64,000 nucleotides of DNA from Candidatus Eiseniibacteriota bacterium (lineage in GTDB: Bacteria > Eisenbacteria > RBG-16-71-46): NCBI GenBank assembly GCA_044222065.1, contig JBGAOA010000009.1, positions 1 through 64,000 of the forward strand, read 5' to 3'. Positions 1-9,678 of this stretch are shown here, piece by piece (within the stretch, counting starts at the first letter, position 1; each line of letters begins with the position of its first letter). Made by a program: the position numbers and the translations under genes. The notes below the pieces were generated by a model. That model did no database searches, was not told the origin of the DNA, and was given only the letters and a program-made list of their open reading frames with translations.

Positions 1-373
1 GCAGCGCCTCGGCGCGCCACGCGCCCGGCAGCTTCTCGCCCCACTCGACGAGCAGCGCCGCGCGGTCGCGCAGTTCCTCGAGCCCGAGGCCCTCGGGCTC
101 CGCGCCCGCGAGCCGGTAGAGGTCGAGGTGCGCGAGCCGCGGCGTCGCGCGGTACTCGTTCACGAGCGCGAACGACGGGCTGCGGACGCGCGAGCGGTAC
201 CCGGCGCCGCGCGCGACGCCGGCGACGAGTCGGGTCTTGCCCGCGCCGAGCGGGCCCGTGAGCGTCACGAGGTCGCCGGCCTCGATCACCGCGCCGAGCG
301 CCTCGCCGGCCGCTTCGGTCTCGGCCTCGGAACGCGTCGCGCGCTCGAACGCGTCGGTCGCCGCCGCCGTCAT
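1..373 (-). CDS. tsaE: tRNA threonylcarbamoyladenosine biosynthesis ATPase TsaE (3' end runs off window)
   Basis: Manual translation from ATG at 373: MTAAATDAFERATRSEAETEAAGEALG...LTGPLGAGKT (Walker A)...VRSPSFALVNEY...HLDLYRL...LVEWGEKL. ATGA overlap with the upstream gene stop. Confidence 0.92.
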   Translation of the reverse strand, partial: MTAAATDAFERATRSEAETEAAGEALGAVIEAGDLVTLTGPLGAGKTRLVAGVARGAGYRSRVRSPSFALVNEYRATPRLAHLDLYRLAGAEPEGLGLEELRDRAALLVEWGEKLPGAWRAEAL

Positions 374-1944
374 CAGCCCCGCCGCGGCGTCAGCGTGACG
401 AGCGGCAGGATCATCTCCTCGATCGAGATCCCGCCGTGCTGGAACGACCCCTTGTACTGGCGCTCGAACTCGTGGAAGCGCGTCGGGTACACGAAGTAGT
501 AGTCCTCGCGCGCGAGCACGTAGTTCTTGTTGATCGCGTCGTCCGGCAGCATGAACTCCATCGGCTTGCGCACGATCACGGCCTGCTTCGCGTCGGTGTT
601 CAGGTTGAGCCCGAACTTGTAGCGCAGGTTCGACGACGTCTCGCGATTGCCGTGCACGAGCGCCGCGCGCCGGCCGAGCACCGAACCGTGGTCGGTGCTG
701 ATCACGATCGTGCAGTCCTGCGAGGCGAGCACGCGGAAGATCTCGTACAGCGGACTGTGCACGAACCACGCCTTCATGACGGATCGGAACGCGGCCTCGT
801 CGGGCGCGAGTTCCTGCAGGATCTCGCTCTCGGAGCGGCCGTGCGCGAGGATGTCGAGGAAGTTGAACACCATCGCGACGAGCGACAGGTTCGAGAACGA
901 GCCGATCTGGCGGCGCGTCTGCTGCGACTCCTCGGCCGTGTAGATCTTCAGGTACTTGAGCCCGCGCTCGACGGGCGCCTTGAGGCGCGCGAGCTGCGTC
1001 TCGAGGAACTGGCGCTCGTAGCGGTTCTTCGTCCGGTCGTCGTTGCTCGCTTCCTGCCACAGGTCCGGGTGCTGCTTGTGCAGCTCGGCGGGCAGCAGTC
1101 CCGAGAAGATCGCGTTGCGCGAGTACGGCGTCGCGGTCGGAAGGATCGAGCAGTAGTACTCGCGCTGGACGTCGAACAGCTCCTCGAGCAGCGGCTCGAT
1201 CGCGAACCACTGGTCGAGCCGCATGCAGTCGATGATGACGAAGAACACGCGGCGGCCCTCGACGAGGTGCGGCGCGACCGCGTGGCGCACGAGGTCGGTC
1301 GAGAGCATCGGGCGCTCCTCCGCGCCGTGCACCCACTTCGGGTAGTGCTCCTCGATGAAGCGGCCGAACTCGATGTTCAGGCTGCGGCGGAAGTCGGTGT
1401 GCGCCTGCTTGAGCCCCGACTCCTGCGCCTCGTCGAAGCGCACGTCCCAGCGCGCGAGGTCCACGGCCAGGTCGGACCAGCCGCGCCAGTCGAGCCGGCG
1501 CTGGTCGAGCATCTGCCAGTGCTGCATGTCCACGACGTAGTCGCGGGCCCGCTGCGACTCGAGAATGCGCCCGCTCTCGATCGCCTTCTTGATCGCGAGG
1601 AACACCTGCGACGGGTTGACGGGCTTGATGAGGTAGTCGGAGATGCGCTTCCCGATCGCCTCGTTCATGAGCGACTCCTCTTCGCTCTTCGTGACGAGCA
1701 CGACCGGCGTCGGGATGTCGCGGTCCTGCATCTCGCGCAGCGTGTCGAGTCCGCCGAGGCCCGGCATCATCTCGTCGAGCAGCACGACGTCGAAGCGCGC
1801 GCGCTCGAGTTCGCTCAACGCGTCCTCGCCGTTCGGAACGGCGGTCACGTCGAAGCCCTTCTGCTCGAGGAACTTGATGTGGGGCCGCAGCAGATCGATC
1901 TCGTCGTCGGCCCACAGGACTTTGCGCCGCTGTTCGTCGTTCAT
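373..1944 (-). CDS. porX: PorX-like response regulator with PglZ/alkaline-phosphatase-superfamily domain
   Basis: C-terminal part of ORF 373..3582 from MNDEQRRKVLWADDEIDLLRPH. Receiver motifs LLDEMMPG and KP; PglZ motifs IDCMRLDQW, SILPTATPYSRNAIFSG, STDHG, SFQHGGIS. About 523 aa, directly upstream of tsaE as in Bacteroidota. Confidence 0.88.
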   Translation of the reverse strand: MNDEQRRKVLWADDEIDLLRPHIKFLEQKGFDVTAVPNGEDALSELERARFDVVLLDEMMPGLGGLDTLREMQDRDIPTPVVLVTKSEEESLMNEAIGKRISDYLIKPVNPSQVFLAIKKAIESGRILESQRARDYVVDMQHWQMLDQRRLDWRGWSDLAVDLARWDVRFDEAQESGLKQAHTDFRRSLNIEFGRFIEEHYPKWVHGAEERPMLSTDLVRHAVAPHLVEGRRVFFVIIDCMRLDQWFAIEPLLEELFDVQREYYCSILPTATPYSRNAIFSGLLPAELHKQHPDLWQEASNDDRTKNRYERQFLETQLARLKAPVERGLKYLKIYTAEESQQTRRQIGSFSNLSLVAMVFNFLDILAHGRSESEILQELAPDEAAFRSVMKAWFVHSPLYEIFRVLASQDCTIVISTDHGSVLGRRAALVHGNRETSSNLRYKFGLNLNTDAKQAVIVRKPMEFMLPDDAINKNYVLAREDYYFVYPTRFHEFERQYKGSFQHGGISIEEMILPLVTLTPRRG

Positions 1945-2050
1945 GAGTGCGGCGGAGCATAGCGGCCCGCGCGGGGCGGCGGAAAGGCCGGGCCGGCGGG
2001 CGGCCGGAACGCGCCCGTCCCGCGCGTCACCGTCGCCCGCCGGAATCCCG

Positions 2051-2079
2051 TTGACCGTGGCAGGGAGCGTTCCTAACTT
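2051..2079 (+). promoter_or_regulatory. Putative sigma70-type promoter of the M28 peptidase gene
   Basis: TTGACC-N17-TAACTT, 36 bp upstream of ATG 2116. Confidence 0.5.
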
Positions 2080-2115
2080 CCGGCTTCGCTCGCCTCCTAC
2101 CCCGAAAGGAATGCG

Positions 2116-3741
2116 ATGGTTCGCTCCCTGATGCTCACGCTGCTCGCGACCGTCGGTCTCGCCACCGGCCTCGCCGTCCGGACCGCGCCCACCGCGCCGC
2201 CGAAGCCTTCCGCCGAGCGCCTGCGCGCTCACGTCGAGTTCCTCGCCGACGACCTGCTCGAGGGCCGCGGCACCGGAACGCGCGGCTACGACCTCGCGGC
2301 GCGCTACGCCGAATCGCAATTCGCGGCACTCGGGCTCGAGCCCGCCGGCACGGGCGGCGGGTTCTGGCAGCCCGTGCCGTTCCTCGCCGCGCGGCCGGTC
2401 GAGGACCAGTGTTCGCTCGCGCTCGTGCGCGGCGGCGCGACCGAGCCGCTCGTGTACCGCGACGACTACCTGATGCGCGGCGACTGGCTGCGCGACCGCT
2501 GGACGCTCGAAGCACCGGCCGTGTACGTCGGCTTCGGCGTGAGCGCGCCGGAACTCGGCTACGACGACTACGCGGGGCTCGACGTGCGCGGCAAGGTCGT
2601 CGTGATGGCGCGCGGCGCGCCGCGGACGTTCCCGAACGACCAGCGCGCCTACCACGCGTGGCAGCAGCTGAAGGACGAGACGGCGGCCGCGCACGGCGCC
2701 GCGGGCACGATCACGTTCCGCCTGCCCGAGGAGTCGAGGCGCATGAGCTGGGAGCGGATCGCGCGCATGGGCGTCATTCCCGCGATGCGCTGGACCGACG
2801 CCGAGGGCCGGCCGCACGACACGTTCGCGCAGCTCGAGCTCGATGCGGTCCTCGGGCCCGAGGGCGTGGCGAAGCTGTTTCGCGGCGCGCCGGAGCCGCT
2901 CGACACGGTGCTCGCGCGGGCGGCCGCGGGCCGGCCGAAGGGCTTCGAGCTCGCCGTGACCGTGAAGGCGAAGCGCGCGACGAACCGCTGGCGCGTCTCG
3001 AGTCCCAACGTCGCGGCGCTTCTTCGCGGCTCGGACCCGGTGCTCGCGAAGGAAGTCGTCGTCGTGAGCGCGCACCTCGACCACCTCGGCATCGGCGCGC
3101 CCGTCAACGGCGACTCGATCCACAACGGCGCGTACGACAACGCCTCGGGTTCGGCCTGCACGCTCGAACTCGCCCGGCTGCTGCGCTCGATGCCGCGCGC
3201 GCCGAAGCGCTCGGTGCTGTTCCTGCTCGTGACCGGCGAAGAGAAGGGCCTGCAGGGCGCGGAGTACTTCACGCAGTTCCCGACGATCGACGACGAGATC
3301 GTGGCGAACCTGAACCTCGACATGTTCCTGCTCAACCACCCGATGCGGAACGTCGTCGCGTTCGGCGCGGAACACTCCTCGCTCGGCGGCGTCGCCGCGC
3401 GCGCGGCGGCGGCCGTGGGCGCGAACGTGATCCCGGATCCCGCGCCGGAAGAGGTCGTGTTCATCCGCAGCGACCAGTTCCCGTTCATTCGACGCGGCGT
3501 GCCGGCGCTGTTCCCCGAGATCGCGGGCGCGGACTCGGCCGAGGCCGCGCTGGATGGCGAGTGGTACCGCACGCGCTACCACCAGCCCTCGGACGACCTG
3601 GGCCAGACGTTCGACTGGGCGGCCGGCGCGAAGTTCACCGACTTCGCGATGCGCACGCTGCTCGAGATCGCGAACGCGCCGAAGCGCCCGACGTGGAACC
3701 CGGGCGACTTCTTCGGCGAGCGCTTCCGGCCGAAGCCGTAG
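2116..3741 (+). CDS. Secreted M28 family aminopeptidase with PA domain
   Basis: Signal peptide; LADDLLEGRGTGT; PA insert (GFGVSAPELGYDDYAGLDVRGK); SAHLDHLG, NGAYDNASG, TGEEKGL, NLDM, RSDQ, YHQPSD. Confidence 0.92.
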   Translation: MVRSLMLTLLATVGLATGLAVRTAPTAPPKPSAERLRAHVEFLADDLLEGRGTGTRGYDLAARYAESQFAALGLEPAGTGGGFWQPVPFLAARPVEDQCSLALVRGGATEPLVYRDDYLMRGDWLRDRWTLEAPAVYVGFGVSAPELGYDDYAGLDVRGKVVVMARGAPRTFPNDQRAYHAWQQLKDETAAAHGAAGTITFRLPEESRRMSWERIARMGVIPAMRWTDAEGRPHDTFAQLELDAVLGPEGVAKLFRGAPEPLDTVLARAAAGRPKGFELAVTVKAKRATNRWRVSSPNVAALLRGSDPVLAKEVVVVSAHLDHLGIGAPVNGDSIHNGAYDNASGSACTLELARLLRSMPRAPKRSVLFLLVTGEEKGLQGAEYFTQFPTIDDEIVANLNLDMFLLNHPMRNVVAFGAEHSSLGGVAARAAAAVGANVIPDPAPEEVVFIRSDQFPFIRRGVPALFPEIAGADSAEAALDGEWYRTRYHQPSDDLGQTFDWAAGAKFTDFAMRTLLEIANAPKRPTWNPGDFFGERFRPKP

Positions 3742-3762
3742 CGGGCGGGTCGCGCCCGTCCG

Positions 3763-5055
3763 CTACGTCGGGAAGCCGATGACGATCGTGGTGCCCTCGC
3801 CGGGGGCGCTCGCACGGATCGTGATCTTGCCGCCGTGGTAGTCCTGCACGACGCGGCGCGCGAGCGCGAGCCCGAGGCCCCATCCGCGCGCCTTCGTCGT
3901 GTAGCCCGCTTCGAACGCGCGGCGCTGTTCGTGCGGCGCCATGCCGCGGCCGTTGTCGGTGATCACCACTTCGACCTCTTCGGTCTCGGCGCGACGGCCG
4001 ACGCTCACGTCGATGCGCCCGTGTCCGCGCTCGATCGCGGACACCGCGTTCGAGAGCACGTTCTCGAGCACCCACTCGAGCAGCTCGCGGTTCAGGTTGA
4101 CGGGCGGCGCCTCGTCGTAGCGCTCGTGGATCTCGATCGAGTGCGCGCCGTGCGGCAGGCGCTTGCGCACGTACTGCACCGCCTCGCGCACGACCGGCGT
4201 CACGTCCTGGAGCTGCAGGATCGGGGTCGAGCCGATGTGGCTGAAGCGCTGCGCGACCTTGCTGAGCCGGTCCACGTCGCGCTGCATCTCGGACAGCGTC
4301 TCGTCGAACTCGGCGGCCGGGATGCGCACGTCGCCGCCGGCGGCGACGCCCTCGGCGTGCGAGCGCATCAGCTCGACCCAGCCCAGAAGCGACGAGAGCG
4401 GCGTGCCCATCTGGTGCGCCGACTCCTTCGCCATGCCGACCCAGATCGTGCGCTTCTCGGCGGTGCGGATGCCGGTGAGGCCCCACAGCCCGAGCGACAG
4501 CAGCAGCAGCACGCCGAGCACCGAAAGCAGCGGCATCCAGCGCAGCCGGTCGAGCACCGGCGGATCGCCGTAGTGCACCGCGCCGAGCCGCACCATCGTG
4601 CCGGGCTGGCTCATCTCGATCGGCGAGTTCTTCGCGTCGAGCTGCACGGCGCGCGCGCGCACGCGATCGATGACCGCGCGCGAGCCGGCTCCGATCGGGT
4701 AGCTGAGCGCGAGGCTGTCCACGGCGCCGTCCGGCACGAGGCCCTGGTCGATTCCGATGCCGCGCCAGGCGCGCGGCAGGCCGAGCGTGTCCGTGATGAC
4801 GATCGGAAAGTCGATCTGGTTCACGACGTCCTTGAAGATCTTCGTGAGCGTCGTGTCGCGCGTCGCGGGGATCGACGCCTGCGCGCAGAACGTCGCGAAG
4901 ATGCGCGACGTCGTCTCGACCTGGTGCGTGAGGCGCGTGAGCATCTGGTTCGTGAACACGAACACCGCGATCACGAGCACGCCCGTGCCGACGAACAACC
5001 CGACCTTCCAGAAGCGGGGCCGGGTGAACGTCCTCGAACCGCGGCGCGCGTCCAT
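3763..5055 (-). CDS. Membrane sensor histidine kinase (HisKA + HATPase)
   Basis: Start MDARRGSRTF; two TM helices; H-box WVGMAKESAHQMGTPLSSL; N-box ENVLSNA; DNGRG; GWGLGL. Confidence 0.9.
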   Translation of the reverse strand: MDARRGSRTFTRPRFWKVGLFVGTGVLVIAVFVFTNQMLTRLTHQVETTSRIFATFCAQASIPATRDTTLTKIFKDVVNQIDFPIVITDTLGLPRAWRGIGIDQGLVPDGAVDSLALSYPIGAGSRAVIDRVRARAVQLDAKNSPIEMSQPGTMVRLGAVHYGDPPVLDRLRWMPLLSVLGVLLLLSLGLWGLTGIRTAEKRTIWVGMAKESAHQMGTPLSSLLGWVELMRSHAEGVAAGGDVRIPAAEFDETLSEMQRDVDRLSKVAQRFSHIGSTPILQLQDVTPVVREAVQYVRKRLPHGAHSIEIHERYDEAPPVNLNRELLEWVLENVLSNAVSAIERGHGRIDVSVGRRAETEEVEVVITDNGRGMAPHEQRRAFEAGYTTKARGWGLGLALARRVVQDYHGGKITIRASAPGEGTTIVIGFPT

Positions 5056-5063
5056 GCGTCGGC

Positions 5064-6338
5064 TCAGGGGGCGATCTCTTCGGCGCCGTCGAGGTAGGGA
5101 CGCAGCCTCGCCGGGATCCGCACGCGACCGTCCGCCGTCTGGTGGTTCTCGAGCAGCGCCGCGAACGTGCGCGGCAGCGCGACGCCCGACGCATTGAGCG
5201 TGTGCGGGAACTCGGCGCGTGCGCCCGTGTCGCGCCGGAAGCGCAGGCCCATGCGCCGCGCCTGGAAGTCCTCGAAGTTCGAGCACGACGAGCACTCGAG
5301 CCACGTGCCGACGCCCGGCGCCCACACTTCGAAGTCGTAGCACTTCGCCGCGGCGAAGCTCATGTCGCCCGAGCACAGCAGCGCGACGCGGTAGGGCAGC
5401 TCGAGCGCCTCGAACACGTCCGCGACGTCGCGTGCGAGCTTCTCGTGTTCGTCGTAGCTCGTTTCGGGCGGAACGATCTTCACGAGCTCGACCTTGTCGA
5501 ACTGGTGCACGCGCAGCATGCCGCGCGTGTCCTTGCCGTACGTGCCGGCCTCGCGGCGGTAGCTCGCGCAGTGCGCCGTCACGTACGCGGGCACCGCGCC
5601 GGGCTCGAGGATCTCGTCGCGGTAGATGTTCGTCACCGGGACTTCCGCGGTCGGGTTCAGGAACAGGTCGTCCTCACCGATGTGATACATGTCGCCCTCG
5701 AGCTTCGGCAGCTGCCCCGTGCCGAACAGCGCGGCGCGGCGCACGACGTGCGGCGGCGACACCTCGGTGTACCCGTGGTGCTTCACGTGGAAGTCGAGCA
5801 TGAAGTTGATGAGCGCGCGTTCGAGCCGCGCGCCGCGTCCCGTGAAGAGCAGGAAGCCCGAGCCCGAGATCTTGCGCGCGCGCTCGAAGTCCAAGAGCCC
5901 GAGCGCGGTCGCGAGGTCCCAGTGCGGCTTCGGCTCGAAGTCGAACTTCGGCGGCTCGCCCCACGTGCGCACGACGACGTTCTGCTCGGCGCTCGCGCCC
6001 GGCGGCACCGAAGCGTGCGGCAGGTTCGGGATCCACGCGGCGAGCGACTCGCTCTCTTCCTCGAGCGTCTTCAGCTCGCCGTCGAGCACCTTCACGCGGT
6101 CGCCGACGTCGCGCATCGCGCGGATGTCGTCGTCGGCGTTCTCCCCCGCCTTCTTCTTGGCCGCGATCGCCTCGCTCGCGGCGTTGCGGCGCGCCTTGAG
6201 CTGCTCGGATTCGTGCAGCACCTGCAGGCGGCGCTCTTCGAGCGCGTAGAACTTCGCGAGGTCCACGGACATGCCCTTGAGGGCGATGCCGGCCTCGACC
6301 TTGTCGCGGTTCTGCCGGAGGAACTTGAGATCGTGCAT
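5064..6338 (-). CDS. serS: Serine--tRNA ligase
   Basis: N-terminal coiled arm; PTAEVP, YRREAG, RVHQFDKVE, ECSSCSNFEDFQARR, HTLNASG. Confidence 0.98.
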   Translation of the reverse strand: MHDLKFLRQNRDKVEAGIALKGMSVDLAKFYALEERRLQVLHESEQLKARRNAASEAIAAKKKAGENADDDIRAMRDVGDRVKVLDGELKTLEEESESLAAWIPNLPHASVPPGASAEQNVVVRTWGEPPKFDFEPKPHWDLATALGLLDFERARKISGSGFLLFTGRGARLERALINFMLDFHVKHHGYTEVSPPHVVRRAALFGTGQLPKLEGDMYHIGEDDLFLNPTAEVPVTNIYRDEILEPGAVPAYVTAHCASYRREAGTYGKDTRGMLRVHQFDKVELVKIVPPETSYDEHEKLARDVADVFEALELPYRVALLCSGDMSFAAAKCYDFEVWAPGVGTWLECSSCSNFEDFQARRMGLRFRRDTGARAEFPHTLNASGVALPRTFAALLENHQTADGRVRIPARLRPYLDGAEEIAP

Positions 6339-6427
6339 GGGACGGCCTGCGGTTCGGGTGCGCTCGGACGGGAGGAGTGCGCTAGGAAACCCGAATCACT
6401 GCGGCCTTGCAACAGCGCCGCGCGCGC

Positions 6428-6766
6428 TCAGGGGTGCGGCGCCGCCGATTCGGAGTGCGCGAGTTCGCGCGCCTTCGCGTAGGCCTCGCGCGCCTGCTCG
6501 TCGCGTCCGAGCTTGGACAGCGCCATGCCGAGGCCGTAGTAGGCCGCCGGGTCGTCCGCCTTCTCGGCCGTCGCGGCCGCGTAGCGCTTGGCGGCGAGTT
6601 CGAAGTCGCCGGCCTTGAACGCGTCGTTGCCCGACTCGATGAGCTTCTGCGCACGCGCGGCGATTTCCTCGGCCGGCACCTCGCGCACGCGCGTCTCGCA
6701 CGAGGCGAGCGCGAACGCCGCGACGATGGCCGCGGCGAGGACGAGGGCGCGAGCGGGGCGTTCCAT
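6428..6766 (-). CDS. Small TPR-repeat lipoprotein
   Basis: Lipobox LASC; TPR helices GNDAFKAGDFELAAKRY and AYYGLGMALSKLGRDEQAREAY. Confidence 0.75.
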   Translation of the reverse strand: MERPARALVLAAAIVAAFALASCETRVREVPAEEIAARAQKLIESGNDAFKAGDFELAAKRYAAATAEKADDPAAYYGLGMALSKLGRDEQAREAYAKARELAHSESAAPHP

Positions 6767-6818
6767 GGGCGCGGGACTATGCGCGAGGTCCCGCGCCCCG
6801 GCAATCCTCCTGCGTGGC

Positions 6819-7283
6819 CTACCGCCCGCCGCGCAGCATCGACAGCCCCTGCGACAGCAGATCCGCGTGGTTCGCGGGCACCGATCCCTGCGGCGTGAGG
6901 TGGTTGATCAGCTCCGGCAGGAGCTGCGCCATCGCGCCGCTCGTCTGACCGTGCGAGAGCCCGAGCTGCTGCGCGATGCCGCCGAGCGCGTTCGGCCCGA
7001 ACACCTGTGAGAGCTGGTCCGGCGAGATCGCCTGGTTGGGCCCGGTGCTCACCCACGACGCCGCGTGGGAGGCCATGCCGTTCTGACCGAACTTCGCGAT
7101 CACGTTTTCGAGTCCGCCGTTCTGCTGGATCAGCGACATCGCCGCCGCGAGCAGCGGCCCCGCGCCCTGGCCGCCCTGCCCGCCCGCGAGCCCGCCGAGC
7201 ACGCTCGCGAGCCCGCTGTTCTGCCCGCCGCCGCGCAGCACCGAACCGACCACGTTTCCGAGAAGACCGTCGAAGAGACCCAT
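6819..7283 (-). CDS. YidB/DUF937 family protein
   Basis: MGLFDGLLG...GGLENVIAKF...ASWVSTGPNQAISPDQL...LAQ-type LLPELINHLTPQG motif. Confidence 0.88.
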   Translation of the reverse strand: MGLFDGLLGNVVGSVLRGGGQNSGLASVLGGLAGGQGGQGAGPLLAAAMSLIQQNGGLENVIAKFGQNGMASHAASWVSTGPNQAISPDQLSQVFGPNALGGIAQQLGLSHGQTSGAMAQLLPELINHLTPQGSVPANHADLLSQGLSMLRGGR

Positions 7284-7387
7284 GTCGAACTCCCGCGTCG
7301 AGGGACGGGCAAGGGCGCTGCGTGTGGCGCGCAGCATAGGAGCGCGCGCGCGGCCCTCCAACGGGATTTTCGCCCCGCTCCGGGGGC

Positions 7388-7750
7388 TCAGGCCGCCTTC
7401 TGCGCGGGCGCGCGGCCGTAGCGCTGCGTCGCGTAGCCAACGATCAGGCCGACGATGCTCCCCGGCAACATGATCTCCCAGTAGTAGTGCTTGCCCGACG
7501 GATCGGGCATTGCGGCGACGAGGTACGCGAACAGGGCCCCCATCGCGAGGCCGAACAGGACGCCCGCGACGAGCGAGTTCACCTTGCGGGCGAACCAGCC
7601 GACGAGCACGCCGACGACGAGCCCCTTCACGGTCGAACCGATGACGATGCCCACGATCTGCGAAGCGACTTCGGGATAGAACAGCGCGGTGAGACCGTCG
7701 AGCACGCCCAGCGCTCCTCCCAGCACGAGACCCAGCAGCGGCTTGTTCAC
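7388..7750 (-). CDS. Small four-TM membrane protein of unknown function
   Basis: GTG start after GGAGGG; VNKPLLGLVLGGALGVLDG...KHYYWEIMLPGSIVGLIVGYATQRY; four hydrophobic stretches. Confidence 0.8.
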   Translation of the reverse strand: MNKPLLGLVLGGALGVLDGLTALFYPEVASQIVGIVIGSTVKGLVVGVLVGWFARKVNSLVAGVLFGLAMGALFAYLVAAMPDPSGKHYYWEIMLPGSIVGLIVGYATQRYGRAPAQKAA

Positions 7751-7791
7751 GAGACCCTCCCCGGTTGGTGGTGAATGCGGACTCCGATGGT

Positions 7792-7821
7792 TCCCTTGCG
7801 CGTTTCCGGGCCGTCCTGTGG
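7792..7821 (-). promoter_or_regulatory. Putative ECF promoter CCACAGGA-N16-AAGGGA (copy 1)
   Basis: Minus strand CCACAGGA CGGCCCGGAAACGCGC AAGGGA, 41 bp upstream of the 7750 start; same boxes and spacing as 10102..10131. Confidence 0.6.
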
Positions 7822-8826
7822 TCAGCGGCGCCAGAAGAGCGCGATCGCGACCCGCATCACGAGGTAGGCGAGCACGAGCGCGACCGCGACCCGGTAGCGA
7901 TGGAGCCAGCGCGCGAGCCGCTCGAACACGTTTTCGCGGTGCGCCTCGACGGGATCTCCCGCGCGGAAGCGCGCGACGTCGGCGGCGAGCGACTCCGCCG
8001 ACGGGTAGCGGTCGCCGGGCGACGGGGCGAGCGCGCGTTCCACGATCGCGCGCAGCCGGCGCGGCACGCCGCGCAGCGCGGCGAGCCGCTCCGAAGGCGA
8101 CGACGCCTCCCCCGGGCGCTCGCCCGCGCCGAGCAGCGTGACGAGGATCGCGCCGAGCGCGTACACGTCGGCGCGCGCGTCCACGTCGGCCGCGCCCCCC
8201 GTGGCCTGCTCCGGAGCCATGAAGCCGCGCGTGCCGAGCACGGTGCCGGCGCCGGTGCCCGCACCGGGGACGCCGCCGTCGGACGCGCCGCCCGCAGGCT
8301 CGCCCGTGCCGAGGATCTTCGCGACGCCCCAGTCCATCACGAGCACCTCGCCGAAGCGGCCGATCATGACGTTGTCGGGTTTGAGGTCGCGGTGAACGAA
8401 GCCGCGCGCGTGGGCGAACGACACGGGCTCGCACACGCGCTCGAAGATGCGCAGCCGTTCGGCGAGCGACGGCACGCGCTCGAGGTGGCGAGCCAGCGTC
8501 TCCCCCTCCACGCGCTTCATCACGACGAACCGGCGGCCGTCCGCGAGCCGCCCCGCGTCGTGCACCGGCACGATGCCGGGGTGCTCGAGCCGCGCGAGGA
8601 TCGCGGCCTCGGCTTCGAGCCGCGCCTCGAACTCCGAGCCCGGCGACGCGGCCGCGGAGACCTTGATCGCGACGTCGCGGTCGAGCCGCTCGTCGTGCGC
8701 GAGGAACACCGTGCCCATGCCGCCGCGGCCGAGTTCGGCGCGCACGGCGTATCGCGCCTCTTCGAACTCGGGCCAGTGCGCGACGCGGCGCAGGCGCTCG
8801 ACGGCGTCGTCCGAGAGCCAGCTCAT
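7822..8826 (-). CDS. Hanks-type Ser/Thr protein kinase with one C-terminal TM helix
   Basis: Start MSWLSDDAVERL (ATGA overlap with ECF); GRGGMGTV, VAIK, HRDLKPDN, DWG, GTRGFMAPEQ, DVYALG; C-terminal VAVALVLAYLVMRVAIALFWRR. Confidence 0.92.
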   Translation of the reverse strand: MSWLSDDAVERLRRVAHWPEFEEARYAVRAELGRGGMGTVFLAHDERLDRDVAIKVSAAASPGSEFEARLEAEAAILARLEHPGIVPVHDAGRLADGRRFVVMKRVEGETLARHLERVPSLAERLRIFERVCEPVSFAHARGFVHRDLKPDNVMIGRFGEVLVMDWGVAKILGTGEPAGGASDGGVPGAGTGAGTVLGTRGFMAPEQATGGAADVDARADVYALGAILVTLLGAGERPGEASSPSERLAALRGVPRRLRAIVERALAPSPGDRYPSAESLAADVARFRAGDPVEAHRENVFERLARWLHRYRVAVALVLAYLVMRVAIALFWRR

Positions 8827-9569
8827 TCGACCTCCGCGCCGAACAGCTCGCGCGCCTCCTCGCGGTACTCCTCGTCGCTGCCGCACAAGCCGCGCAGCGC
8901 CTCGAGCGCGAGTGCGCGGAAGCGCCGCCGCACGCTCGCGAGGTGGTTCGTGACCTGGCTCACCGTGAGCCCGTGGGCGTGCGCGAGGTCCGCGTAGCTC
9001 GCTCCCGGATCGGGCGCGAGGTCGTAGCGCTCGAACAGCGCGAACTGCGCCGCGCGCCCCGACGATTCGAACTCGGCGCGCAGCGACGCGACCGTGCGCG
9101 CGAACAGCGCGCGCACGAACTCGCGGTGGAAGAACTCGTCCGGATCGCCGCCGCTCGCGGGCGGATGCCGCGACAGCTCGCCCTCGGCGGCGTCCAGGTC
9201 GAGCTCCACGCGTTCGAGGCCGCCCCCGCGCTTGAGCCGCGACTCGGACTGCCGCCAGTGCTGCACGTGACGGTCGGCGCACACGCGCACGAACGTGCGC
9301 AGCCGCGCCTTCGCGGGCTCCCAGCGTTCGAGCCAGCCCTTCTCGAACGCTTCGGCGAAGAAGCCCTGAACGAGATCGCGCGCATCGTCGGCTTCGAGCC
9401 GCCACGTGTGCCGCAGGTGCTTGTAGAGCGGCGCGCCGTACGCCGTGACGAACTCGCCGAACGCTGTGCGCCGCACGTCGGTGCGTTCGCTGCGCAGCCG
9501 CTCGATCACCGAGTGACGCGTCGCGGGGAACGCGGAAGGCGATCGAGCGGGATCGGGATTCGGCGACAA
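8823..9569 (-). CDS. ECF-type RNA polymerase sigma factor (kinase-associated type)
   Basis: FPATRHSVI N-terminus; region 2 DARDLVQGFF...RLRTFV; KRGGG linker; region 4 SYADLAHAHGLTVSQVTNHLASVRRRF; C-terminal EEYREEARELF. Confidence 0.85.
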   Translation of the reverse strand: MSPNPDPARSPSAFPATRHSVIERLRSERTDVRRTAFGEFVTAYGAPLYKHLRHTWRLEADDARDLVQGFFAEAFEKGWLERWEPAKARLRTFVRVCADRHVQHWRQSESRLKRGGGLERVELDLDAAEGELSRHPPASGGDPDEFFHREFVRALFARTVASLRAEFESSGRAAQFALFERYDLAPDPGASYADLAHAHGLTVSQVTNHLASVRRRFRALALEALRGLCGSDEEYREEARELFGAEVE

Positions 9570-9678
9570 GGGCCCCTCGCGGAGTGCGAATGCGGCCGGC
9601 CGGGCCGCGGTGTGCGCGGCACGGCCGTGATCGCACCGCGCGCGCGAGGCCGCCCCGGGCGGATCGAGCGCGCGAATT

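Noticed and set aside
373..1944. PglZ domain as part of a BREX defence system
   Set aside because: It is fused to a receiver domain and sits beside tsaE (PorX architecture); no brxC, pglX or brxL is nearby.
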